Assembly: GCA_052327205.1 (NCBI GenBank)
Contig: CM126218.1
Span: 37,014,001 to 37,078,000 of the forward strand
Reading direction: 5' to 3'
Length of the DNA stretch: 64,000 bases
DNA from: Somniosus microcephalus
Taxonomy: Eukaryota
Part shown: in pieces, positions 13,501 to 28,500 of the stretch
How positions within the stretch are numbered: the first letter of the stretch is position 1
How the letters are laid out: each line of letters starts with the position of its first letter
The notes under the pieces: model-generated
What the model saw: only the letters and a program-made list of their open reading frames with translations
Databases searched by the model: none
Told to the model about the DNA's origin: nothing
Position numbers and translations under genes: made by a program

Positions 13501-16500
13501 CAGGGACCTTCACCACAATATTCAGACACATGCCCTGCTGCTGTTTCTATTCAGTGGAAAGAGATATGAAATTGCTGGCCATGCCCACCTCTGGCCACTT
13601 TCTTGATATGTGTGTGGACAGAATATTGGCTTATAATACAGAAGAGCCCGATGCTAGCCCGGAAGGAGGTGAACACATAACAGCTATTCTAAGTTTGATG
13701 GCTTTTCCAAACTGACTTGTGCAATGCTTTATCACATTATGTTTATAAAATTTCACTATTTTGGTGAAAAGAATATCAAGCCAGCACAACCTTTGACTGC
13801 ATGACTGGTCGAGCACCAGGTTGTTTTATCATACTCGTAGTTCATTCATCATTTGAAAGATTAAGGAGGTGATTTTTAGCTGCCTGTGAGGGGAGATGAA
13901 ATTGTACAAAAAAATCTACTACCCAGAGGCCGCCCGACTCAATTTTCTAGCGGGCATTGAAACAAAAACTGCCGAACCCTGTACCTAGTCTCAGAACGGT
14001 GAGGAATAGTCCGACAGGGTTTTGCAGCTGAACCTGTAGCATGGAGAGAGATGGATCAGCTATATGACTTTCTCTCATTCCTTGATATGGTTTTACATAC
14101 TCAGTTTAAATATTGTGTGACAAATAATTTTGATAACTGAAAACATGTTATTTAATAATATATATTTTAATACATCCTTCTCGCTTGGAGGATCGCACAG
14201 CGGGGGCACATCATAGGAATAGAAGCGTGGAAGTTAATGCACATCGCAAAATAATCCATCAATTGGCCTCAAATTCCTCATTTGCATCACACTCCGCTAA
14301 ACATTATGTCAGGAGCACAATTTCCTAAAAGCGCCCCTATAGGTTACAACATAATGACCAGAGATACAAACATTTCCAAAGCAAGCAATTAGAAAGGAAA
14401 ATTTGAGATGTAAAAATGAAAGCCGTGTTTTGTTACCTACTCAATGACAGACCACATGGAGTTAGAAACAATCCACTTGTGGAGACAGACTTGGTGCAAG
14501 GTATAAAACTGCTGTCACTTACCAGGCATGTAGCTGGTGGTAGACGTAGTGATAATCGGTGTCACTTCTGGTGACGTAATTTCTATAGAGCAGGAAAAAC
14601 ATTTCAACTTGTTACACTGCACGCTGAGGCTCTGAGTCTGTATCAGGTTTAAAAACTTACTTTCCTGCTGCACATAGCCGAGCACAAAAGTTGCGAAAAT
14701 TAAATCTATTCACTTCTATCTAAATCTATTCAATAAAATTATTTGAGCTGACAGAATACAACTAGTTAATGGCATTTACAGTAAGAACATCTTTTCCACA
14801 AGTATAAGAGTGGCTGGAATTGTCAGATAGATTTGATCGTGCTGTTAATGGAGTTCTTCGAAATATGAGTTTCAATGTCCAGTGGAAACTGCTTACAATG
14901 GACAGATCCATATTGACCCGAGTTCCCAGATGGTGGCTCTGAAAATCCTCGGGCAGCAATCCTGGCGATTATACCAGGGTCACACCTCCCAGGGCCCTCC
15001 ACAGCTGACCTGACCAGAGTATGTAGGTCAGTGGGAGGTCCTGTTATTTAAATATTATGGCAGGGACCTTCACCACAACATTCAGACACATGCCCTGCTG
15101 CTGTTTCTATTCAGTGGAAATATAAATTAACCTGCTGGCCATGCCGACATCTGCATCGGTCAGATTCTTGATATGTGTGTGGGCAGAATATTGGCTTATA
15201 ATGCAGAAGAGCCCTATGCTAGCCCGGAACTTGGTGAACACATAACAGCTATTCTAAGTTTGCTGACTTTTCCAAACTGACTTGTGCAATACTTTATCAC
15301 ATTCTAGTTACACAATTTCACCACAATGATGTAAAGTACACCAAGCCAGCACAACATTTGACTCTATGACTGATCTACCATCAAAGTGTTTTATCATGCT
15401 AGGTTTACATTCATCATTTGAAAGATCAAGGGGTGATTTTCATCTGCTTCCAAGGGTGGCAGTGGCGGAGGGAAAGTAATTCTAAAAAAGAACCGACTGC
15501 CCAGAGGCCGGCTGACTCGATTTTCTACCAGACATTGAAACAAGAACTGGTGAGCCCTGTACTTGGGCCCGGAACGGTGAGGAATAGTGCGATAGAGTTT
15601 TGCTGCTGAACCTGTATGAATGGGTGAGTTGGGTCGGCTACATGACTTTCTATCATTCCTTGTTATTGTTTTACAACCTCAGTGTTGGACATTGTGTGAC
15701 AAATAAATGAAAACGTGTTATTTAATAAGAATATATATTATAATACACCCTTCTCGCTTGGAACTTCCCTTGCCGGGGACACAGAACAGGAATAAGGGCG
15801 TGGATGTTAATGCACATTGCAAAATAATACGTCAATTGGTGTCAAATTCCTGATTTGCATCACACTATAATGACCAGAGATACAAACATTTCCAAAGCAA
15901 ACAATTAGAAAGGAAAATTTAAGATGTAAAAATGAAAGCCGTGTTTTGTTACCTACTCAATGACAGACCACATGGAGTTAGAAACAATTCCCTTGAGGAG
16001 ACAGACTTGGTGCAAGGTATCACTTACCAGGTATGTAGCTGGTGGTAGACGTAGTGGTAATCGGTGTCACTTCTGGTGATGTAATTTCTATAGAGCAGGA
16101 AAAACATTTCAACCTGTTACACTGCACGCTGAGGCTCTGAGTCTGTATCAGGTTTAAAAACTTACTTTCCTGCTGCACATAGCCGAGCACAAAATTACAA
16201 AAATTAAATCTATTCACTTCTATCTTAGTCTCTCAATAAAATTATTTTAGCAGAAAGAGAATACAACCATATAATGGCCCGTACATTCAGGACATAATTT
16301 CATCAAGTATAAGAGTGGCTGGAATTGTCAGATAGATTTGATCGTGCTATTAATGGAGTTCCTGGAATTTTAGTTTTCAATGTCCAGTGGAAACTGCTTA
16401 CAATGGACAGATCCATATTGACCCGAGTTCCCAGATCAACAGTGGCTCTGAAAATACTCGAGCAGCAGTCTTGGCGATTATACCAGGGTCACACCTCCCA

Positions 16501-19500
16501 AGGCCCTCCACAGCTGACCTGACCAGAATATGTAGGTCAGTGGGAGGTCCTGTCATTTAAATATTATGGCAGGGACCTTCACCACAATATTCAGACACAT
16601 GCCCTGCTGCTGTTTCTATTCAATGGAAAGAGATATGAAATTGCTGGCCATGCCCACCTCTGGCCACTTTCTTGATATGTGTGTGGACAGAATATTGGCT
16701 TATAATACAGAAGAGCCCGATGCTAGCCCGGAAGGAGGTGAACACATAACAGCTATTCTAAGTTTGATGGCTTTTCCAAACTGACTTGTGCAATGCTTTA
16801 TCACATTATGTTTATAAAATTTCACTATTTTGGTGAAAAGAATATCAAGCCAGCACAACCTTTGACTGCATGACTGGTCGAGCACCAGGTTGTTTTATCA
16901 TACTCGTAGTTCATTCATCATTTGAAAGATTAAGGAGGTGATTTTTAGCTGCCTGTGAGGGGAGATGAAATTGTACAAAAAAATCTACTACCCAGAGGCC
17001 GCCCGACTCAATTTTCTAGCGGGCATTGAAACAAAAACTGCCAAACCCTGTACCTAGTCTCAGAACGGTGAGGAATAGTCCGACAGGGTTTTGCAGCTGA
17101 ACCTGTAGCATGGAGAGAGATGGATCGGCTATATGACTTTCTCTCATTCCTTGATATGGTTTTACATACTCAGTTTAAATATTGTGTGACAAATAATTTT
17201 GATAACTGAAAACATGTTATTTAATATATATTTTAATACATCCTTCTCGCTTGGAGGATCGCACAGCGGGGGCACATCATAGGAATAGAAGCGTGGAAGT
17301 TAATGCACATCGCAAAATAATCCATCAATTGGCCTCAAATTCCTCATTTGCATCACACTCCGCTAAACATTATGTCAGGAGCACAATTTCCTAAAAGCGC
17401 CCCTATAGGTTACAACATAATGACCAGAGATACAAACATTTCCAAAGCAAGCAATTAGAAAGGAAAATTTGAGATGTAAAAATGAAAGCCGTGTTTTGTT
17501 GCCTACTCAATGACAGACCACATGGAGTTAGAAACAATCCACTTGTGGAGACAGACTTGGTGCAAGGTATAAAACTGCTGTCACTTACCAGGCATGTAGC
17601 TGGTGGTAGACGTAGTGATAATCGGTGTCACTTCTGGTGACGTAATTTCTATAGAGCAGGAAAAACATTTCAACTTGTTACACTGCACGCTGAGGCTCTG
17701 AGTCTGTATCAGGTTTAAAAACTTACTTTCCTGCTGCACATAGCCGAGCACAAAAGTTGCGAAAATTAAATCTATTCACTTCTATCTAAATCTATTCAAT
17801 AAAATTATTTGAGCTGACAGAATACAACTAGTTAATGGCATTTACAGTAAGAACATCTTTTCCACAAGTATAAGAGTGGCTGGAATTGTCAGATAGATTT
17901 GATCGTGCTGTTAATGGAGTTCTTCGAAATATGAGTTTCAATGTCCAGTGGAAACTGCTTACAATGGACAGATCCATATTGACCCGAGTTCCCAGATGGT
18001 GGCTCTGAAAATCCTCGGGCAGCAATCCTGGCGATTATACCAGGGTCACACCTCCCAGGGCCCTCCACAGCTGACCTGACCAGAGTATGTAGGTCAGTGG
18101 GAGGTCCTGTTATTTAAATATTATGGCAGGGACCTTCACCACAACATTCAGACACATGCCCTGCTGCTGTTTCTATTCAGTGGAAATATAAATTAACCTG
18201 CTGGCCATGCCGACATCTGCATCGGTCAGATTCTTGATATGTGTGTGGGCAGAATATTGGCTTATAATGCAGAAGAGCCCTATGCTAGCCCGGAACTTGG
18301 TGAACACATAACAGCTATTCTAAGTTTGCTGACTTTTCCAAACTGACTTGTGCAATACTTTATCACATTCTAGTTACACAATTTCACCACAATGATGTAA
18401 AGTACACCAAGCCAGCACAACATTTGACTCTATGACTGATCTACCATCAAAGTGTTTTATCATGCTAGGTTTACATTCATCATTTGAAAGATCAAGGGGT
18501 GATTTTCATCTGCTTCCAAGGGTGGCAGTGGCGGAGGGAAAGTAATTCTAAAAAAGAACCGACTGCCCAGAGGCCGGCTGACTCGATTTTCTACCAGACA
18601 TTGAAACAAGAACTGGTGAGCCCTGTACTTGGGCCCGGAACGGTGAGGAATAGTGCGATAGAGTTTTGCTGCTGAACCTGTATGATGGGGTGAGTTGGGT
18701 CGGCTACATGACTTTCTATCATTCCTTGTTATTGTTTTACAACCTCAGTGTTGGACATTGTGTGACAAATAAATGAAAACGTGTTATTTAATAAGAATAT
18801 ATATTATAATACACCCTTCTCGCTTGGAACTTCCCTTGCCGGGGACACAGAACAGGAATAAGGGCGTGGATGTTAATGCACATTGCAAAATAATACGTCA
18901 ATTGGTGTCAAATTCCTGATTTGCATCACACTATAATGACCAGAGATACAAACATTTCCAAAGCAAACAATTAGAAAGGAAAATTTGAGATGTAAAAATG
19001 AAAGCCGTGTTTTGTTACCTACTCAATGACAGACCACATGGAGTTAGAAACAATTCCCTTGAGGAGACAGACTTGGTGCAAGGTATCACTTACCAGGTAT
19101 GTAGCTGGTGGTAGACGTAGTGGTAATCGGTGTCACTTCTGGTGATGTAATTTCTATAGAGCAGGAAAAACATTTCAACCTGTTACACTGCACGCTGAGG
19201 CTCTGAGTCTGTATCAGGTTTAAAAACTTACTTTCCTGCTGCACATAGCCGAGCACAAAATTACAAAAATTAAATCTATTCACTTCTATCTTAGTCTCTC
19301 AATAAAATTATTTTAGCAGAAAGAGAATACAACCATATAATGGCCCGTACATTCAGGACATAATTTCATCAAGTATAAGAGTGGCTGGAATTGTCAGATA
19401 GATTTGATCGTGCTATTAATGGAGTTCCTGGAATTTTAGTTTTCAATGTCCAGTGGAAACTGCTTACAATGGACAGATCCATATTGACCCGAGTTCCCAG

Positions 19501-22500
19501 ATCAACAGTGGCTCTGAAAATACTCGAGCAGCAGTCTTGGCGATTATACCAGGGTCACACCTCCCAAGGCCCTCCACAGCTGACCTGACCAGAATATGTA
19601 GGTCAGTGGGAGGTCCTGTCATTTAAATATTATGGCAGGGACCTTCACCACAATATTCAGACACATGCCCTGCTGCTGTTTCTATTCAGTGGAAAGAGAT
19701 ATGAAATTGCTGGCCATGCCCACCTCTGGCCACTTTCTTGATATGTGTGTGGACAGAATATTGGCTTATAATACAGAAGAGCCCGATGCTAGCCCGGAAG
19801 GAGGTGAACACATAACAGCTATTCTAAGTTTGATGGCTTTTCCAAACTGACTTGTGCAATGCTTTATCACATTATGTTTATAAAATTTCACTATTTTGGT
19901 GAAAAGAATATCAAGCCAGCACAACCTTTGACTGCATGACTGGTCGAGCACCAGGTTGTTTTATCATACTCGTAGTTCATTCATCATTTGAAAGATTAAG
20001 GAGGTGATTTTTAGCTGCCTGTGAGGGGAGATGAAATTGTACAAAAAAATCTACTACCCAGAGGCCGCCCGACTCAATTTTCTAGCGGGCATTGAAACAA
20101 AAACTGCCGAACCCTGTACCTAGTCTCAGAACGGTGAGGAATAGTCCGACAGGGTTTTGCAGCTGAACCTGTAGCATGGAGAGAGATGGATCGGCTATAT
20201 GACTTTCTCTCATTCCTCGATATGGTTTTACATACTCAGTTTAAATATTGTGTGACAAATCATTTTGATAACTGAAAACATGTTATTTAATAATATATAT
20301 TTTAATACATCCTTCTTGCTTGGAGGATCGCACAGCGGGGGCACATCATAGGAATAGAAGCGTGGAAGTTAATGCACATCGCAAAATAATCCATCAATTG
20401 GCCTCAAATTCCTCATTTGCATCACACTCCGCTAAACATTATGTCAGGAGCACAATTTCCTAAAAGCGCCCCTATAGGTTACAACATAATGACCAGAGAT
20501 ACAAACATTTCCAAAGCAAGCAATTAGAAAGGAAAATTTGAGATGTAAAAATGAAAGCCGTGTTTTGTTACCTACTCAATGACAGACCACATGGAGTTAG
20601 AAACAATCCACTTGTGGAGACAGACTTGGTGCAAGGTATAAAACTGCTGTCACTTACCAGGCATGTAGCTGGTGGTAGACGTAGTGATAATCGGTGTCAC
20701 TTCTGGTGACGTAATTTCTATAGAGCAGGAAAAACATTTCAACTTGTTACACTGCACGCTGAGGCTCTGAGTCTGTATCAGGTTTAAAAACTTACTTTCC
20801 TGCTGCACATAGCCGAGCACAAAAGTTGCGAAAATTAAATCTATTCACTTCTATCTAAATCTATTCAATAAAATTATTTGAGCTGACAGAATACAACTAG
20901 TTAATGGCATTTACAGTAAGAACATCTTTTCCACAAGTATAAGAGTGGCTGGAATTGTCAGATAGATTTGATCGTGCTGTTAATGGAGTTCTTCGAAATA
21001 TGAGTTTCAATGTCCAGTGGAAACTGCTTACAATGGACAGATCCATATTGACCCGAGTTCCCAGATGGTGGCTCTGAAAATCCTCGGGCAGCAATCCTGG
21101 CGATTATACCAGGGTCACACCTCCCAGGGCCCTCCACAGCTGACCTGACCAGAGTATGTAGGTCAGTGGGAGGTCCTGTTATTTAAATATTATGGCAGGG
21201 ACCTTCACCACAACATTCAGACACATGCCCTGCTGCTGTTTCTATTCAGTGGAAATATAAATTAACCTGCTGGCCATGCCGACATCTGCATCGGTCAGAT
21301 TCTTGATATGTGTGTGGGCAGAATATTGGCTTATAATGCAGAAGAGCCCTATGCTAGCCCGGAACTTGGTGAACACATAACAGCTATTCTAAGTTTGCTG
21401 ACTTTTCCAAACTGACTTGTGCAATACTTTATCACATTCTAGTTACACAATTTCACCACAATGATGTAAAGTACACCAAGCCAGCACAACATTTGACTCT
21501 ATGACTGATCTACCATCAAAGTGTTTTATCATGCTAGGTTTACATTCATCATTTGAAAGATCAAGGGGTGATTTTCATCTGCTTCCAAGGGTGGCAGTGG
21601 CGGAGGGAAAGTAATTCTAAAAAAGAACCGACTGCCCAGAGGCCGGCTGACTCGATTTTCTACCAGACATTGAAACAAGAACTGGTGAGCCCTGTACTTG
21701 GGCCCGGAACGGTGAGGAATAGTGCGATAGAGTTTTGCTGCTGAACCTGTATGAATGGGTGAGTTGGGTCGGCTACATGACTTTCTATCATTCCTTGTTA
21801 TTGTTTTACAACCTCAGTGTTGGACATTGTGTGACAAATAAATGAAAACGTGTTATTTAATAAGAATATATATTATAATACACCCTTCTCGCTTGGAACT
21901 TCCCTTGCCGGGGACACAGAACAGGAATAAGGGCGTGGATGTTAATGCACATTGCAAAATAATACGTCAATTGGTGTCAAATTCCTGATTTGCATCACAC
22001 TATAATGACCAGAGATACAAACATTTCCAAAGCAAACAATTAGAAAGGAAAATTTGAGATGTAAAAATGAAAGCCGTGTTTTGTTACCTACTCAATGACA
22101 GACCACATGGAGTTAGAAACAATTCCCTTGAGGAGACAGACTTGGTGCAAGGTATCACTTACCAGGTATGTAGCTGGTGGTAGACGTAGTGGTAATCGGT
22201 GTCACTTCTGGTGATGTAATTTCTATAGAGCAGGAAAAACATTTCAACCTGTTACACTGCACGCTGAGGCTCTGAGTCTGTATCAGGTTTAAAAACTTAC
22301 TTTCCTGCTGCACATAGCCGAGCACAAAATTACAAAAATTAAATCTATTCACTTCTATCTTAGTCTCTCAATAAAATTATTTTAGCAGAAAGAGAATACA
22401 ACCATATAATGGCCCGTACATTCAGGACATAATTTCATCAAGTATAAGAGTGGCTGGAATTGTCAGATAGATTTGATCGTGCTATTAATGGAGTTCCTGG

Positions 22501-25500
22501 AATTTTAGTTTTCAATGTCCAGTGGAAACTGCTTACAATGGACAGATCCATATTGACCCGAGTTCCCAGATCAACAGTGGCTCTGAAAATACTCGAGCAG
22601 CAGTCTTGGCGATTATACCAGGGTCACACCTCCCAAGGCCCTCCACAGCTGACCTGACCAGAATATGTAGGTCAGTGGGAGGTCCTGTCATTTAAATATT
22701 ATGGCAGGGACCTTCACCACAATATTCAGACACATGCCCTGCTGCTGTTTCTATTCAATGGAAAGAGATATGAAATTGCTGGCCATGCCCACCTCTGGCC
22801 ACTTTCTTGATATGTGTGTGGACAGAATATTGGCTTATAATACAGAAGAGCCCGATGCTAGCCCGGAAGGAGGTGAACACATAACAGCTATTCTAAGTTT
22901 GATGGCTTTTCCAAACTGACTTGTGCAATGCTTTATCACATTATGTTTATAAAATTTCACTATTTTGGTGAAAAGAATATCAAGCCAGCACAACCTTTGA
23001 CTGCATGACTGGTCGAGCACCAGGTTGTTTTATCATACTCGTAGTTCATTCATCATTTGAAAGATTAAGGAGGTGATTTTTAGCTGCCTGTGAGGGGAGA
23101 TGAAATTGTACAAAAAAATCTACTACCCAGAGGCCGCCCGACTCAATTTTCTAGCGGGCATTGAAACAAAAACTGCCAAACCCTGTACCTAGTCTCAGAA
23201 CGGTGAGGAATAGTCCGACAGGGTTTTGCAGCTGAACCTGTAGCATGGAGAGAGATGGATCGGCTATATGACTTTCTCTCATTCCTTGATATGGTTTTAC
23301 ATACTCAGTTTAAATATTGTGTGACAAATAATTTTGATAACTGAAAACATGTTATTTAATATATATTTTAATACATCCTTCTCGCTTGGAGGATCGCACA
23401 GCGGGGGCACATCATAGGAATAGAAGCGTGGAAGTTAATGCACATCGCAAAATAATCCATCAATTGGCCTCAAATTCCTCATTTGCATCACACTCCGCTA
23501 AACATTATGTCAGGAGCACAATTTCCTAAAAGCGCCCCTATAGGTTACAACATAATGACCAGAGATACAAACATTTCCAAAGCAAGCAATTAGAAAGGAA
23601 AATTTGAGATGTAAAAATGAAAGCCGTGTTTTGTTGCCTACTCAATGACAGACCACATGGAGTTAGAAACAATCCACTTGTGGAGACAGACTTGGTGCAA
23701 GGTATAAAACTGCTGTCACTTACCAGGCATGTAGCTGGTGGTAGACGTAGTGATAATCGGTGTCACTTCTGGTGACGTAATTTCTATAGAGCAGGAAAAA
23801 CATTTCAACTTGTTACACTGCACGCTGAGGCTCTGAGTCTGTATCAGGTTTAAAAACTTACTTTCCTGCTGCACATAGCCGAGCACAAAAGTTGCGAAAA
23901 TTAAATCTATTCACTTCTATCTAAATCTATTCAATAAAATTATTTGAGCTGACAGAATACAACTAGTTAATGGCATTTACAGTAAGAACATCTTTTCCAC
24001 AAGTATAAGAGTGGCTGGAATTGTCAGATAGATTTGATCGTGCTGTTAATGGAGTTCTTCGAAATATGAGTTTCAATGTCCAGTGGAAACTGCTTACAAT
24101 GGACAGATCCATATTGACCCGAGTTCCCAGATGGTGGCTCTGAAAATCCTCGGGCAGCAATCCTGGCGATTATACCAGGGTCACACCTCCCAGGGCCCTC
24201 CACAGCTGACCTGACCAGAGTATGTAGGTCAGTGGGAGGTCCTGTTATTTAAATATTATGGCAGGGACCTTCACCACAACATTCAGACACATGCCCTGCT
24301 GCTGTTTCTATTCAGTGGAAATATAAATTAACCTGCTGGCCATGCCGACATCTGCATCGGTCAGATTCTTGATATGTGTGTGGGCAGAATATTGGCTTAT
24401 AATGCAGAAGAGCCCTATGCTAGCCCGGAACTTGGTGAACACATAACAGCTATTCTAAGTTTGCTGACTTTTCCAAACTGACTTGTGCAATACTTTATCA
24501 CATTCTAGTTACACAATTTCACCACAATGATGTAAAGTACACCAAGCCAGCACAACATTTGACTCTATGACTGATCTACCATCAAAGTGTTTTATCATGC
24601 TAGGTTTACATTCATCATTTGAAAGATCAAGGGGTGATTTTCATCTGCTTCCAAGGGTGGCAGTGGCGGAGGGAAAGTAATTCTAAAAAAGAACCGACTG
24701 CCCAGAGGCCGGCTGACTCGATTTTCTACCAGACATTGAAACAAGAACTGGTGAGCCCTGTACTTGGGCCCGGAACGGTGAGGAATAGTGCGATAGAGTT
24801 TTGCTGCTGAACCTGTATGATGGGGTGAGTTGGGTCGGCTACATGACTTTCTATCATTCCTTGTTATTGTTTTACAACCTCAGTGTTGGACATTGTGTGA
24901 CAAATAAATGAAAACGTGTTATTTAATAAGAATATATATTATAATACACCCTTCTCGCTTGGAACTTCCCTTGCCGGGGACACAGAACAGGAATAAGGGC
25001 GTGGATGTTAATGCACATTGCAAAATAATACGTCAATTGGTGTCAAATTCCTGATTTGCATCACACTATAATGACCAGAGATACAAACATTTCCAAAGCA
25101 AACAATTAGAAAGGAAAATTTGAGATGTAAAAATGAAAGCCGTGTTTTGTTACCTACTCAATGACAGACCACATGGAGTTAGAAACAATTCCCTTGAGGA
25201 GACAGACTTGGTGCAAGGTATCACTTACCAGGTATGTAGCTGGTGGTAGACGTAGTGGTAATCGGTGTCACTTCTGGTGATGTAATTTCTATAGAGCAGG
25301 AAAAACATTTCAACCTGTTACACTGCACGCTGAGGCTCTGAGTCTGTATCAGGTTTAAAAACTTACTTTCCTGCTGCACATAGCCGAGCACAAAATTACA
25401 AAAATTAAATCTATTCACTTCTATCTTAGTCTCTCAATAAAATTATTTTAGCAGAAAGAGAATACAACCATATAATGGCCCGTACATTCAGGACATAATT

Positions 25501-28500
25501 TCATCAAGTATAAGAGTGGCTGGAATTGTCAGATAGATTTGATCGTGCTATTAATGGAGTTCCTGGAATTTTAGTTTTCAATGTCCAGTGGAAACTGCTT
25601 ACAATGGACAGATCCATATTGACCCGAGTTCCCAGATCAACAGTGGCTCTGAAAATACTCGAGCAGCAGTCTTGGCGATTATACCAGGGTCACACCTCCC
25701 AAGGCCCTCCACAGCTGACCTGACCAGAATATGTAGGTCAGTGGGAGGTCCTGTCATTTAAATATTATGGCAGGGACCTTCACCACAATATTCAGACACA
25801 TGCCCTGCTGCTGTTTCTATTCAGTGGAAAGAGATATGAAATTGCTGGCCATGCCCACCTCTGGCCACTTTCTTGATATGTGTGTGGACAGAATATTGGC
25901 TTATAATACAGAAGAGCCCGATGCTAGCCCGGAAGGAGGTGAACACATAACAGCTATTCTAAGTTTGATGGCTTTTCCAAACTGACTTGTGCAATGCTTT
26001 ATCACATTATGTTTATAAAATTTCACTATTTTGGTGAAAAGAATATCAAGCCAGCACAACCTTTGACTGCATGACTGGTCGAGCACCAGGTTGTTTTATC
26101 ATACTCGTAGTTCATTCATCATTTGAAAGATTAAGGAGGTGATTTTTAGCTGCCTGTGAGGGGAGATGAAATTGTACAAAAAAATCTACTACCCAGAGGC
26201 CGCCCGACTCAATTTTCTAGCGGGCATTGAAACAAAAACTGCCGAACCCTGTACCTAGTCTCAGAACGGTGAGGAATAGTCCGACAGGGTTTTGCAGCTG
26301 AACCTGTAGCATGGAGAGAGATGGATCGGCTATATGACTTTCTCTCATTCCTTGATATGGTTTTACATACTCAGTTTAAATATTGTGTGACAAATCATTT
26401 TGATAACTGAAAACATGTTATTTAATAATATATATTTTAATACATCCTTCTCGCTTGGAGGATCGCACAGCGGGGGCACATCATAGGAATAGAAGCGTGG
26501 AAGTTAATGCACATCGCAAAATAATCCATCAATTGGCCTCAAATTCCTCATTTGCATCACACTCCGCTAAACATTATGTCAGGAGCACAATTTCCTAAAA
26601 GCGCCCCTATAGGTTACAACATAATGACCAGAGATACAAACATTTCCAAAGCAAGCAATTAGAAAGGAAAATTTGAGATGTAAAAATGAAAGCTGTGTTT
26701 TGTTACCTACTCAATGACAGACCACATGGAGTTAGAAACAATCCACTTGTGGAGACAGACTTGGTGCAAGGTATAAAACTGCTGTCACTTACCAGGCATG
26801 TAGCTGGTGGTAGACGTAGTGATAATCGGTGTCACTTCTGGTGACGTAATTTCTATAGAGCAGGAAAAACATTTCAACTTGTTACACTGCACGCTGAGGC
26901 TCTGAGTCTGTATCAGGTTTAAAAACTTACTTTCCTGCTGCACATAGCCGAGCACAAAAGTTGCGAAAATTAAATCTATTCACTTCTATCTAAATCTATT
27001 CAATAAAATTATTTGAGCTGACAGAATACAACTAGTTAATGGCATTTACAGTAAGAACATCTTTTCCACAAGTATAAGAGTGGCTGGAATTGTCAGATAG
27101 ATTTGATCGTGCTGTTAATGGAGTTCTTCGAAATATGAGTTTCAATGTCCAGTGGAAACTGCTTACAATGGACAGATCCATATTGACCCGAGTTCCCAGA
27201 TGGTGGCTCTGAAAATCCTCGGGCAGCAATCCTGGCGATTATACCAGGGTCACACCTCCCAGGGCCCTCCACAGCTGACCTGACCAGAGTATGTAGGTCA
27301 GTGGGAGGTCCTGTTATTTAAATATTATGGCAGGGACCTTCACCACAACATTCAGACACATGCCCTGCTGCTGTTTCTATTCAGTGGAAATATAAATTAA
27401 CCTGCTGGCCATGCCGACATCTGCATCGGTCAGATTCTTGATATGTGTGTGGGCAGAATATTGGCTTATAATGCAGAAGAGCCCTATGCTAGCCCGGAAC
27501 TTGGTGAACACATAACAGCTATTCTAAGTTTGCTGACTTTTCCAAACTGACTTGTGCAATACTTTATCACATTCTAGTTACACAATTTCACCACAATGAT
27601 GTAAAGTACACCAAGCCAGCACAACATTTGACTCTATGACTGATCTACCATCAAAGTGTTTTATCATGCTAGGTTTACATTCATCATTTGAAAGATCAAG
27701 GGGTGATTTTCATCTGCTTCCAAGGGTGGCAGTGGCGGAGGGAAAGTAATTCTAAAAAAGAACCGACTGCCCAGAGGCCGGCTGACTCGATTTTCTACCA
27801 GACATTGAAACAAGAACTGGTGAGCCCTGTACTTGGGCCCGGAACGGTGAGGAATAGTGCGATAGAGTTTTGCTGCTGAACCTGTATGAATGGGTGAGTT
27901 GGGTCGGCTACATGACTTTCTATCATTCCTTGTTATTGTTTTACAACCTCAGTGTTGGACATTGTGTGACAAATAAATGAAAACGTGTTATTTAATAAGA
28001 ATATATATTATAATACACCCTTCTCGCTTGGAACTTCCCTTGCCGGGGACACAGAACAGGAATAAGGGCGTGGATGTTAATGCACATTGCAAAATAATAC
28101 GTCAATTGGTGTCAAATTCCTGATTTGCATCACACTATAATGACCAGAGATACAAACATTTCCAAAGCAAACAATTAGAAAGGAAAATTTGAGATGTAAA
28201 AATGAAAGCCGTGTTTTGTTACCTACTCAATGACAGACCACATGGAGTTAGAAACAATTCCCTTGAGGAGACAGACTTGGTGCAAGGTATCACTTACCAG
28301 GTATGTAGCTGGTGGTAGACGTAGTGGTAATCGGTGTCACTTCTGGTGATGTAATTTCTATAGAGCAGGAAAAACATTTCAACCTGTTACACTGCACGCT
28401 GAGGCTCTGAGTCTGTATCAGGTTTAAAAACTTACTTTCCTGCTGCACATAGCCGAGCACAAAATTACAAAAATTAAATCTATTCACTTCTATCTTAGTC